This document shows positions 9,062 through 21,181 of a DNA stretch of 64,000 nt, in pieces. A program made the translations under genes and the position numbers. Every line of letters begins with the position of its first letter. Position 1 is the stretch's first letter. The notes beneath the pieces were generated by a model. It saw only the letters and a list, made by a program, of their open reading frames with translations. It did not search any database and was not told the origin of the DNA. Origin of the DNA: Octopus sinensis (Eukaryota); the NCBI RefSeq assembly GCF_006345805.1, contig NC_043005.1, positions 63,798,001 through 63,862,000 on the forward strand, read 5' to 3'.

Positions 9062-12000
9062 ACTTGTCATCATAATGACAATCAAAATGACAATCTTCTA
9101 AAAGACGTTTATATGTTTATGAAAATATAAAAAGAATAAAAAGTGTGATTTGGTGGGGAGGGTATATAAAAATATACAAAATACTTAAAATAAAACATAC
9201 TTATGTATCACGAACATCGTTTCAAAAGTTGTGTATCGAGTTACAGGGTTCTCTTCCGGCTTTTACAATCCAACTGTCAGACAGTGAGACATTAAATGAT
9301 TAGTGCAGAAAGCAAGGATAGAAAAAGAAACAGTAAAGTCCTTCTACTTCCCCCCTCCCCCTCTCTCTCTCTCTAAAATACTGAATGATGTTTCCAAAGC
9401 AAAATTTACATTTAATGGTAGATTTACTAGAGTAGAATAAATGTTAGTGTCAGAAGATTGTAGTTAACAGTAAGAAAATGCGTAGAAAAGTTAGATAAGT
9501 TGCCTCAGAAACTGTAGAATGTAGCGTCTCAGGCCTCGTTTTATTTTTAAAATATAGTAAGAAGAAAGGTGGTGGTCGTTGCTTGGGCTGGAGACAAGCA
9601 GTACTTTTCCCAGATTGCTGATTTTACTCCATCTAACTGTAAAATGTATGTTCCATTAATTTTCAGAATTTTCTAAGCGCTACCAAAATAGATAACTGAA
9701 TCATAAGAATTCAAGTTGAACAAACTAAGGAAATGACATAAAAATGAACACGTAATAAACGTTAATAGTTATATCTGTCTGTTTTTCTGGCATTTCTCTT
9801 TTCCCTAAGCAACAGCAATCATGTTGCTTTTAAAAGGTATAATACAAGTGAAATGTGTCTGAATCTATAAATCTGTATGAAACCTGTTTATGCATTCGTA
9901 TTCTACATATAGAACATAAACATTCGTTTCCTAAATTCTCCAAGTTGAACCCATTTAGCAGGTGTTGGAAATAAACTAAACACATACACTTAGAAAGCAT
10001 TAAGTAAAAGTAGTAGTAATAATAACAATAATAATAATAAACCTGTTATTGACATTTTGACATTTCCATCCTCATCTTAACTGAATGCAAACTTAGTTCC
10101 AGTTAAAAACCATTCAACTAATGGGATTTTATTTCTTCTGAAATAAGTTATTTACCTCAAGTATGTCCGCATTGATGATCTAATATTACACAGCGTCGGT
10201 TTTACTTTGCTAATGCATTCCATAGTGAAGATACCGGGAACGGAAATAACGAAACATCGTAATACTCGTAGAGAAGAGAAATCATTTTTTTTATTTATTC
10301 TCTCTTTATCATTTTAGTAAAATTGTGTACATGTTAGTGAAAAAATACTTATTTGTTACTAAACGAAGCAATGAAGAATAGGTATTTTTTTCTTTTTGTT
10401 CTGTTCTGCCTTTTTTTCCCTTTTAGCATATATAGTACATTGTAAGAGTTTTAAAACATTATTCATTCTAAAAATCTTGTAAATTTTACTAGCTTTTTGC
10501 ACATTTAAATAAATTCAATCCAGTTTAACACTGCTTTGTCCAGTGTAAAAAAAAAAATTGGACACTATTTTATCTTCTACTTAAAAACTGATTATCTTTC
10601 ACAAATCTAGTCATTATTTTTATTTTATGGACAGATGTATGCTACAGCATATTTAACGTAAAATTTGCTTCTTTTTTTTTTTTACATAAAGTAATATCAC
10701 AATGTTTATGGGTGATTTTTATGTTTGAAACAAAATCTTAACTTGATATCAAATCTGTGTTAATGTATCAGCACATTTTTGACCTTGTGTTGATCAGCCA
10801 TTTAAACAAAAATTGAACATTATAGTGTTAGGTTTACCTAGACATCTCAAATTTCCATTAAATGTGTTTTTTATACCGAGTTTCTTTTCACATAAACATT
10901 TGTTAAAGGATGTATTTTATGTACTGGATTATTTCGTGCGTATATTTTCGCTTTAGTGTATATGTTATAGAATATTCCATAAATTTTTTAAAAGCGGTAA
11001 AATATCAGATCATTGAATGTTTCAAATAAAAAGACAAAACGTTTTACTCAATATAAAATCTTAATCGGCTTCTTTCTCTTTTTTGTTTTCAAAAGAATTA
11101 CTTCAAACTATTGACTACCAATATTTCTACACAGTTTCAAACTAAACAGTAATGTGTGATGTATGAATGCTTTAGAGAAAAGCTGCTACATGAGATCCAA
11201 CTTTTGATAGCGCCACCTCGTTTATTCGCCATTGTGCTTGTAATTCCTTTTGTTTTATCCAGAATTGAAGCTAGAACAGAAAATACTGGTTGTAGGATGC
11301 TTGATCAGATATATGATATACAAAGATGTTGGTATTTTTCGAAAGGCTGGTAAAGTCTCAGCGACTAGCCATGCCTGATTTAATTTGTAATGCTAAAGAA
11401 GAAAAGCCTATTATGAATTGTTTTCACAATGCCTATGTGTGACGTCGCCAGGGCTGCTTGTCAGTGGTCTTGAGGCCTAACATGTACTGAACATAGATAG
11501 AACAGGTATAGTGAAAAAGTGTCACCTTCATATGAGGTGTTTAGGATGAACATGGATGATATTTTGTGCTGTAAAGAAGGTTCTAGTATAGTATACTTCA
11601 TACAATATAAATTTTGCAACTGTTCCTATCAGCTTTAAGATGCTAAAATACATCAAGTCTGTCTGGGGCCGTCACCGAGGCGGAGCGGTGATCACTGGAT
11701 GGTACTTACCTCCAGTTACTATTCAGAAAATTTAGAAACTTTAGTTTAAAAAATGTACCTGAAATACGCTTCTTGAAATCTGGTCTTTACCGGCTACTCT
11801 TCTCAAGCTGGAACAAAAAACAGAAATATTTTTTTTAAATAGATAAACAAAATAAAGTGACCCAAAGAAGTCGGCCGAAAAACTCCCCAAGAAAATAATA
11901 GAGATACAAAAGGAAGTATACTGAACGAAAATAAAAACAACATCAACAGCAACAATAGTACAAGAAACAAAACCAAACGTAGTACTGATGAGATTTAGAT

Positions 12001-12369
12001 ACATTAATATGTGTTTGTACACAAATATATATGTGTATGTATATGTGTATATATATATATATATGTGTGTGTATATATATATATATAATATATATATATA
12101 TACAGAGTGGGGAGAGAGAGATACTGATACAAATAAACAAAGAAGCTTGGGCTTCATATATAAAATATACATGTATACGTGCATGCATGCATGCATACAT
12201 ACATACATACATACATACATACATACATACATACATGTAAATAGAGAGAACCAAAAACTGAAATTATTCAGATAATGAACATTTATGTATAAACATAGAT
12301 GTCTCTCTCTATATATATATAAGATTGGGGTCTATGATGTTATTAAAATTTAGAGGTTATGAAATAACA

Positions 12370-12700
12370 AATATAAACAAGAGCAATCAGAGAGAGCAAA
12401 GCTGCGCTAAAGCAACAGCAACATTCTCTGAACGATTAACTGGAAATAATTTTTTGAATGAGAATATCTGAAATAAGCTCGACTTCTTTCTCAAGCGAGA
12501 ATACTAAAAATGAACCTGACCATTCTCAAAAATTAAGTAAAGGAAACGGAAAAAACTAATCCAGAATCCTTGTCCGGTACCGGGTCGATCCCAAAATCTA
12601 ATCAGTTTGTGTCAGTCATGAGGGCAAACATCTCTGAAAGTTTCATCCGAATCTATCCAGCGGTTCGTAAAAATGTCAAAGATAAGAAAGTTACTGCCAG
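12370..12700 (+). mobile_element. Non-autonomous interspersed repeat, possibly Helentron/HINE-like
   Basis: aacaagagcaatcagagagagcaaa...ccaaaatctaatcagttt...gaaagtttcatccgaatctatccagcggttc resembles invertebrate HINE/DINE-like cores. Recognition from memory only. Confidence 0.35.
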
Positions 12701-12899
12701 TGGCGTATTCCGAAACAGAGACGGAAGGAATGGCAAACTTTATCTTCGAGTCGTAATCGATGCTTTAAAAATAAAATTCTAAAAATTGTCGCAAAAGAAT
12801 TAAAGTTATATATTCATTTCGAAACTACGATTTGTTTATTTAAATTTGTCCGACAAATGCCTACTCTACCCTTTTTCCACCTATCTACTCATCACTTAT

Positions 12900-14350
12900 C
12901 TACACATCATTGAGAGAAGTTGGTTGAGGAAGCTTCTGTACAGTATATACATAAATGTTTAAGCAAGCAATGGTCCTATAGTTTTCTGCTAAATTGGTGG
13001 TTTCATTCTTGGCTACAAGATTCGTCCATGCTAAAACAAGCCTATTTCATATGTCAAGCTGGCCTGCCATAGTGCTTTTGAACATATACATTAGTGGTCT
13101 TCTGTAAAATGACTGCCTCTTATGCCAGTATCCAACTGCCTTTCCATTATGCAGCTTCCAGCTGCCTTGCCATTATGCAGTTTGCTTGCAGCTATGGTGA
13201 AAGTTTCCGTTTAAGTTTTACTGTTAATGTGGGTACAGTATTCTCTCCTTAAGGCATTTAACTAAATGCATTAAGTTTGAAATCTCTTTTTTCGTTCCAT
13301 ATCTTGGACCAGAATGATTCCAGATCTTGTCAGGGTGCTTTCTCAAGGATAATATTTTCTTTCGTCATCTCTCTGTGGATTAGAAGCAAACCTATGATTT
13401 ATACAGGCTCATTCGAAACCTTGTCTACGGTAGCGACGTTTTTCGCTCAGCGCCTTGAGTTTATAACTTGGTGTGAAGAGTCACCACAGAGTTTTGTTAA
13501 TGTATTCATAAGATTTAATTAATGAGGTGTAAATTCATTATTCTGTTTAACCATTCTGTTTAATCGTAATTAACCATCCAATACGCCGGCGCAAATTATT
13601 GATGTTTTATCGTTTTGCTTTCCATCTACGTTGATTCCGTTTAGTAGTTTCATTACCAAATACACTTTAGATATTTCCTAGCTGTTCTTTAGAGATCTAG
13701 TAATTGTGTATATGAGGGTATTAACATTCCAGTAATTAATATCATATGATTCCGTGTGCTTTCTAGCAACATCGTCGATAACTTTCAATGTTAGAGCTGT
13801 TGGATGTTTTCTTGGTTTGCTAAAAATGACCTGTTACTTAAGAATTATTTTGAAACAGTAGAAATTTCTTTTGTGAAATATGATTTCGGGATGTTTCTAA
13901 GTTGAATATATTGCGAGTTTTGTCTGTTGATTCAGCCATATTTGGAGAGATGCAAGAATGTAGTGGTAGTGGCAGCGGAGTATTTACCTTATTTTCTATC
14001 GCTGTAATGGCACATTTATTTTTCGCCAGTTTTTAGTGTTTTGAGGAGATCGACTTACATCACGAAAGCAAGCTATTTCTTTTAAAGGGAGATGTTTATT
14101 TCCGAATATGTTTTGTAGATAAAGGTAATTAAGTTGGAGTGAAATTTGTCCAATGAATATTTTAACCGCTTCATATATCGAAAAGAAGGGTCTTCTCGGA
14201 TTTTTTCATAGTATGGAAGTAGATCTTATGTTAGATGTAATGTCCAGGGAAAATGAGAGGAGTACTTATGTCTTCTTAGTTTACTGGTGCTGTAGTTCTG
14301 TTTTCGTCGGTGTGTTGTTGCTAATTTCAGCCATGACCGTGTTACCGAAA
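12900..14350 (-). mobile_element. Decayed R4/Dong-clade non-LTR retrotransposon (RT N-terminal region)
   Basis: Minus-strand peptides in order: KLKALSEKRRYRR; DLESFWSKIWNEK; ASKLHNGKAAG; GYWHK; LVAKNETTNLAENYRTIACLN. Stops and frameshifts throughout. The core is about 12950-13470; the extent beyond is approximate. Confidence 0.7.
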
Positions 14351-15182
14351 TTACATGTGGTATAAGGTGTATTTTTTTTTAAATCTGATCTGAATACTGT
14401 TACGTTGGTAAGTAAAAAGTGTTTCCCTTATTCATAATTGGACAAATAAATCAGTTACTGATTTAAGGTGGAGCTGTTGGCATAAATATAGAAGTAATCG
14501 TGCATAAAGAAATTTTAACGGTATTCTACAACTGCACGTCTGATGTTGACGGTGTCATATTTTTGCTTGTATGCATATATGTATATATGTATCTATGTGT
14601 GTATGTGCGCCGTGTGTGTGTGTGTGTGGTCTGTGTGTGTGTGTGTGTGTGTGCCTGCATGCATGCATGTATGAAAAGCGCAGTGAGTATATAATAAAGT
14701 GATTCAATTATTTTAAAATCTTTATTTTTCTTAGCCGTTATTCATAAATTTCAGGAACGGGGAACAACGGAGAAACGAGAGAAGATTGTCCATTTTCAAT
14801 TGAAAATTTAGTAAACTGAGAACAGATGTAAATTTCCTTTAACGCATAAAAACATGGACGTTTATTATTTCAACAGAAAAAGTAGAATAATTGTTAAAGT
14901 TTCATATAGTCGATGCAATTAGACTCACGTTACCAAACAATATATCGTGAATTGAAAACTTTATTGAAAATAGTATTATTCTCTTAGGCAATAGATACCT
15001 CCATTATTATCGTTGAATACCAAATGAAACAAGGTGAGTGTTTCTTAACTAGACTATGTATCCGAGTTGAAACAACCAAAGAAATAGAGATACTAAATAA
15101 AGTGTAAAAAACATGGCAATGAAAATATGTTTGCATGCTTTTTTTTTTTCAATGTATTAAACAGCTGACAAAATATTCATTA

Positions 15183-15329
15183 TGCCGTGTGGTAAGAAGC
15201 TTGCTCCCCAACCACATGGTTCTGGGTTCAGCCACACTGCATGATACTTGAGCAAGGTTTTCTACTATAGGCTCGGGCCGACGAATCTTTTTTGAGTGGA
15301 TTTGATGGACAAAAACTGAAAGAAGTCCG

Positions 15330-15369
<40 letters not shown>

Positions 15370-15600
15370 GTGTGTGTGTGTGTGCGTCTTTGTGCCTGTG
15401 TTTGTCCCCAACGTCGCTTGACAGCCGGTGTTACTGTGTTCACGTTCTCGTAACCTAGCGGTTCGGCAAAAAGATCGATAGAATTAGTACCACACTTAAA
15501 AGAAAAGTAAAAATGTACTTGAATCGATTCATTCGTCTAAAAATGCTTCTCGGTGGTGCTCCAGCATGGGCGCAGTTTTCTGACAGAAACAAATAAGAGA
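15183..15600 (+). mobile_element. Composite SINE family C (tRNA head + CORE-like body + internal (GT)n + tail)
   Basis: gtgtggtaagaagcttgc...gggttcagcc...cttgagcaagg...ctactatag...gccgac...gaaagaag, then (GT)n, then the tail module ending ggtgctccagcatgg...gaaacaaataagag. Confidence 0.85.
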
Positions 15601-16095
15601 AAAAAGCTAAAAGAAATGCAAACGCATTACAAGGCATTAATATACTATCTCCCTTAAGCAAGCCAATCATTTGCTTGCAACTTCCTGCTAAGGTGGTAGC
15701 GTTAGCTATCGCCTTAATTTTCATGATATTAAAAGTATAATTTTCTATATTTAAACAATATAGAGGAATGCTTCAAATTACGTCGCTAATTTGCTCCAAG
15801 ACATGCGATTTATCTCGAAAAATGACATAACATAAATAAACTCTTTAAAAACTATGTTATCTTATATCTATTTGGATTAATGATTTGTACATGTTTTCAC
15901 ACGTATTTTATTCGATTTTCCATATTCGTATTTGTTTTTAGGAGGTATTTTCGCTAAGAACAACGTAAAGACGGATAAATTAACTGAAGTTGATGCTTAA
16001 CTTTTTCTTTTAATTTCTTAAAAAACGAAGCAAATTCGGAAAAGACGTAGATGGAAGCAGCGTAAGTTGAAGTATGTCTGTATTATGAATATGTG

Positions 16096-16325
16096 TTTGA
16101 TTTTGATTTTGATTTTGATTTTTCCAGTTTCAGCTTATGAGCTGTGGCCATGCTGGGGCACCGCCATTTGGTGTTGCTACTTGGTTTCACTTCATGAAGG
16201 CCTTCTAGCAGCTGCCATTTGGTGCATGAGAGAGTTCGATGCAGCTGCCCTCATCCGCCCCTCCTGCCGTGAAGTTGGTTCATCTGGGACACCTGACAGG
16301 AAGAGATCCAGCTTCATTTTAAGAG
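16096..16325 (-). mobile_element. 3' end of a second LINE (CR1/L2-like, clade uncertain) with 3' UTR and (AAAATC)n tail
   Basis: KMKLDLFLSGVPDEPTSRQEGRMRAAASNSLMHQMAAARRPS*, then the UTR ggcggtgccccagcatggccacagctcataagctgaaac and tandem aaaatc repeats. Confidence 0.7.
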
Positions 16326-16786
16326 ATCCAGTTTCTTTATTTTACATTCGTTGTATTTGTAAAAATTGAAAAGAATCCATGAAGCTCGTAGGCTCCATGA
16401 GACTGGAGTATATGTAATCTCTTAGCCACGTCAGCAAAATCTCCACGACGATTACCACAGATCACTTCAATAAATTTGACTGTAGTGACGTGTGTCATTG
16501 AAAACGTAGCAAATTCTTTTATTTCACTCAGGAAATAAAAAAAAACAGGGAACTTAATATGCATTGGTTTAATTAACATACAGTTCAAATGTTTAACATA
16601 CAGTTCAAATGTTAAACACTACAGACGATTCAACTTTACGGATCTTCATATAATTCAATAGACTAAGGTAATTCATTGAAATTATATACGCAAACACACA
16701 AAGACACATTCATCTATTTGTCTATCTATCTATCATTTGTATGTCTGTCAATCTATCCATCTATATGTCTATCTATCTTTCTCTCC

Positions 16787-16862
<76 letters not shown>

Positions 16863-17143
16863 GTTTGCCTGTTTCTTTGTCTCCTTATCTGTCTGTCTGT
16901 CTGTCTACCTATCTGTGCGTGAGTAAGATTTTCCTTATGTGTCTGATATTTATCCATTCTTAATGAAAAGTAAGATAACGTTTTGTGTTATGTGTGTGTG
17001 TATATGTATGCGTGTGTATACATGCGTGTGCATGTATGTACATGTGTATGCATGTATGTGTGTGCCTATGTATGTATGTATGTAGGTAGGTAGGGAGGTA
17101 GGTAAGTAGGTAGGTAGGTAGGTAGGCGCAGTATGGCCGGATA

Positions 17144-17537
17144 GTTACTCTTTACTCTTTTACCTGTTTCAGTCATGTGGCTGTGGCCAAGCTGGAGCAC
17201 CGCCTTTAGTCAAGCATTCGACCCCGGGGCTTATTCTTTGTAAGCCTAGTACTTATTCTATCGGTCTTTTTGCCGAACCGCTAAGTTACGGGGTCGTAAA
17301 CACACCACCATCGGTTGTCAAGCGATGTTGGGGGGACAAACACAGACACACAAACACACACACATATATACATATATACGACGAGCTTCTTTCAGTTTTC
17401 GTCCACCAATTCCACTCACAAGGCTTTGGTCGGCCCGAAGCTATAGTAGAAGAAACTTGCCCAAGGTTCCACGCTGTGGGACTGAACCCGGAACCATGTG
17501 GTTCCTAAGGAAACGCTACTTCCCGCACAGCTACTCT
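17144..17537 (-). mobile_element. Composite SINE family C, full length
   Basis: Head, internal (CA/TA)n and tail are all present. The tail ends in (taaaagag)n-like repeats. Confidence 0.9.
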
Positions 17538-18510
17538 TGCAATAATGAGAACTCTAGTTCGATCTCATTGCATCTTGTCCAATTATCATTTTCATTTCCA
17601 TCTTCTCAGTCTATCCGAGACTAAAGAATATGGTTACACGTTAAATCAATGAACTTCATAGATCAGTTTGATCGAACAGCTGAAAACTAATGGTCAAAAA
17701 CTCTTCCCAAGATCCATTATTGTCTATGTGTGTATGCTTGTGTGTCGATGTGCGTGAGTGTGTGGTTGAGTATGTATGTACAAGTTTATTTGTATGTTAG
17801 TATGCCTGCCTGTGGTCGGTATGTCTGTCTGTAGGCGTGAGTGTGTGGGTGAGCGTATGTGTTTGTATCTGCTTGTTTATGCATTTGCAGGACGAATATC
17901 TGTTTACATGGATAATTTATGTTTTACAGTATGTAGCATATTGATTTTATACTGTTAGACATGATAACTGATAAGGCATCGTAAAATTAGATACCACTTC
18001 ACTAGATATCCTGTTTAAATATTGGTTTGAAGAAATGGCGTTCAGTATTGATAACATCAAAATGTTAAAATTACAAATTTTTTGTTTGTCATTTTTCATG
18101 TTTATCAATATTTTATATATAAAATTTGATTATATGTTAAATTAATGCATATATAAAAGCCCTAAGCTGTATTCATAATAGTTTCTTTTTTGAAAGACAA
18201 TTTGTATAATATGGAGACAAATATATCACAGTGACGAGACTTTATCATAGATATGACATGATTATTTGAACGCAAGTAGACAAACACACACAGAGATAAC
18301 TACACACACAAAAATGCAAAAACGAATACACATGCCCACATAATAAACATATAAACACGATCCAACGAAGGTGCCTATACTTTGTCGTTCAATGAGATAG
18401 CTATACCAGTCAAATAACCATCAAATTACAAGCCTCAGATGCGAACATAATGCAGCTTCAAATAAGCAAAAATAAAGAAATAGGCCATCAATATTTTGCT
18501 TCGAATATTT

Positions 18511-18665
18511 ATGTGGAGGCGCAATGGTTCAGTGGTTAGGGCAGCGGTCTCGCAGTTTAGGATCGCCGTTTCGATTCCCAGACCGGGCGTTGTGAGTGTT
18601 TATTGAGCGAAAACACTTAATGCTCCACGAGGCTCCAGCAAGGGGTGGTGACAATCCCTGCTGTA
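18511..18665 (+). mobile_element. SINE family A, 3'-truncated
   Basis: atgtggaggcgcaatggttcagtggttagggcagcgg...tttcgattcccagaccgggcgttgtgagtgtttattgagcg... Confidence 0.88.
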
Positions 18666-19861
18666 GAGTTATCTACAGTTAAACAACTACGCGTACACAT
18701 AATCCCTGCTGTAGAGTTATCTACAGTTAAACAACTACGCGTACACATAAACAGATACCCACGCTGGAATGCTAGAGCGCGGGAAAAATTGCTTTCGATA
18801 ATTTGGTACGTGTGTATGGATATGTATGTGGTTGTGTGTTCTTACATTCCTCTGTGTGTGTGTATGTGTGCGTGTGGTTACGCTTGCGTGCGTGTGCATG
18901 TGTATGTTTATCCACGTGTGCATGTGTGTTGGTGCCTGTCTGCGCGTGCGCGTGGGTGTCTATGGTTGTGTTTGGCTGTGTAAATGCCATGTTCAAATTT
19001 ATATGTATTCATTTGAAGGGATTTCTGTGTTCTGCCGTCACTTTCTTTACCCCTGCCTAGTATGTACCTACTTATACCTAAGCGCGTGTGCCCATGCATG
19101 TCTTTGTATGAGTACGTGTGTGTCCATACATGTCTGTGTGTGTGTGCGTGTGAGTGTATATGTGTGTGTGTGTGTGGTTGTGTCTTTCTGTGTGTGGTTG
19201 TGTCTTTCTGTGTGTGTTTACGTGTGCGCCTGTGTGTGTGTGTGTGCCTTCCTGTGTGCATGTGTGCGTGGACATGTATTACTGTGTATTGGAACTGTTC
19301 ATAGCTATGTATATTTATTTGTATGGATTACATCAAATAAGACATGCACTCGGTGTTATACGAATATATGAGTGTGAGTCAATAATTAAACTTAATGGAT
19401 TAGGAAATCATTAGTGAAAGGAAACAGATCATTGAACACAATTTTTCTTTGGACTAAACAGAAATCCGGTGCAACCAGTGTTAACATAACAGCAACAACT
19501 CAACGGCATCGTAATGGCTCAACCGTGGCCATGTCTACTGCTGCGTACAAAACTTGTTTTACCGTCAATAAATATATATTCTCAAGTCATTGCAGCTAAT
19601 TAGTAACCCATTCTCGTATATTAGATATACAGTGTATGCTACTTACGAAGTTCAATGACAAAAAAATACGTACTTGCCAAAGCTACTACTGCTGCTGAAC
19701 AATTTTCATTCGTTGCTAAAATATTTATCTGTATGTTAACGTTACACTTCTGTAAGAGATACTACCTAGAGACAAATAACACAGTTTCTTCGGCTTACGA
19801 CGAAATGCCTGCTTTAAATATGACACAAACACACACGCGTTTCTAGACAGAAATCATCGCT

Positions 19862-20000
19862 ATTATCTTTTATCTTTTACTTGTTTCCATCATTCGACTG
19901 CGATCATGCTGGGGCATCGCCTCGAAGTGTTTTAGTCGACTGAATCATTCCTAGTACTTATTTGTGCTAAATTACATGTACGTAAACATACCAACACTGA
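19862..20000 (-). mobile_element. Degenerate tail module of SINE family C
   Basis: tatcttttacttgtttccatcattcgactgcgatcatgctggggcatcgcc...cctagtacttat. Confidence 0.7.
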
Positions 20001-20001
20001 T

Positions 20002-20061
<60 letters not shown>

Positions 20062-20074
20062 GTACATATTTCTG

Positions 20075-20310
20075 TCTGTGTATCTTTGTATCCGTGTTTG
20101 TTCCCATTCTGCCATCACTTGACAACCGATGTTAGTATGTTTACGTCTCGTAACTAAGTGGTGTTCGGCAAAAAAGACCGATATAATAAGTACCAGGCTT
20201 ACAAAGAGTAAGTCCTGCGGTCGATTTTTTCGAATGAAATCCCTACAGGCGGTGCTCCAACATGGTCGAAGTCAAATGACTGAAACAAGTAAAAAGGTAA
20301 AAGAATTAGA
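20075..20310 (+). mobile_element. Tail module of SINE family C (no head seen)
   Basis: gtgtttgttccc...cttgacaaccgatgt...gaccgatataataagtaccaggcttacaaagagtaagtcctgcggtcg...ggcggtgctccaacatgg...gactgaaacaagtaaaa. Confidence 0.85.
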
Positions 20311-20694
20311 GAAATGCAAATGTTTTCGCCTCAATTATTTACGTTCCAAATTTTGTCCTCTACATCAAACGTTGTTTGATACTACAGAAATTGCTTTTAG
20401 ACTCTCTAAAAACAGGAGTAACACTAATTTTATTAAACACAAACAAACCAAAACTGCTTTTGAAGAGCGATTTCCTTAGACAATATATAGATTTAGTTGT
20501 TTCTTTATGACACCTGGTACAATAAAAGAAATACAATCAAATGATATAAAACTTTTAAGGAAAGAGGTTCCTGGTGTTTGTGCAGTAGTCACATGTGCTC
20601 TAGAAACTAGTTGGCGACTCGTCAGACATGTGAATAGATACAGGAAATTTTCCAAAATTTTAAAAATATAATGATGATGATAATAATAATAATG

Positions 20695-20732
<38 letters not shown>

Positions 20733-21181
20733 CAATAAACAGGAAGACATCAGTTTTTTTTCTTCGCATGTGTTACAGACTTTAACTTAATAATGATATA
20801 GAAAGAATTTTAGTAAGCGAAAGACAAAACAAATAACAAAAAAATATGTATGAATGCTTTTAAGAAGAGAGAGACAGAAAGAGAAAATGTCTGTGTGCAA
20901 GGATGTTATGATGGAGAAAATAAAATTATGCAAGGGAGAATATATATATGTGTATGAGCGTGTGTGTGTGTGTGTGTGTCTATGTGTCTGTGTGTGTGTG
21001 TGTCTTTATACATATATATGGATATATATGCAAATACATACATATATGTGTGTGTGTATATATTGTTATGTTTTGAGATGGTCATTTTGTTTTTGATAAA
21101 TAAACACAGACACAATATATACTCGTTCTCTTGCAACAGAGATTCATAAATGTGTATATATATATATATATACACCTTTGA

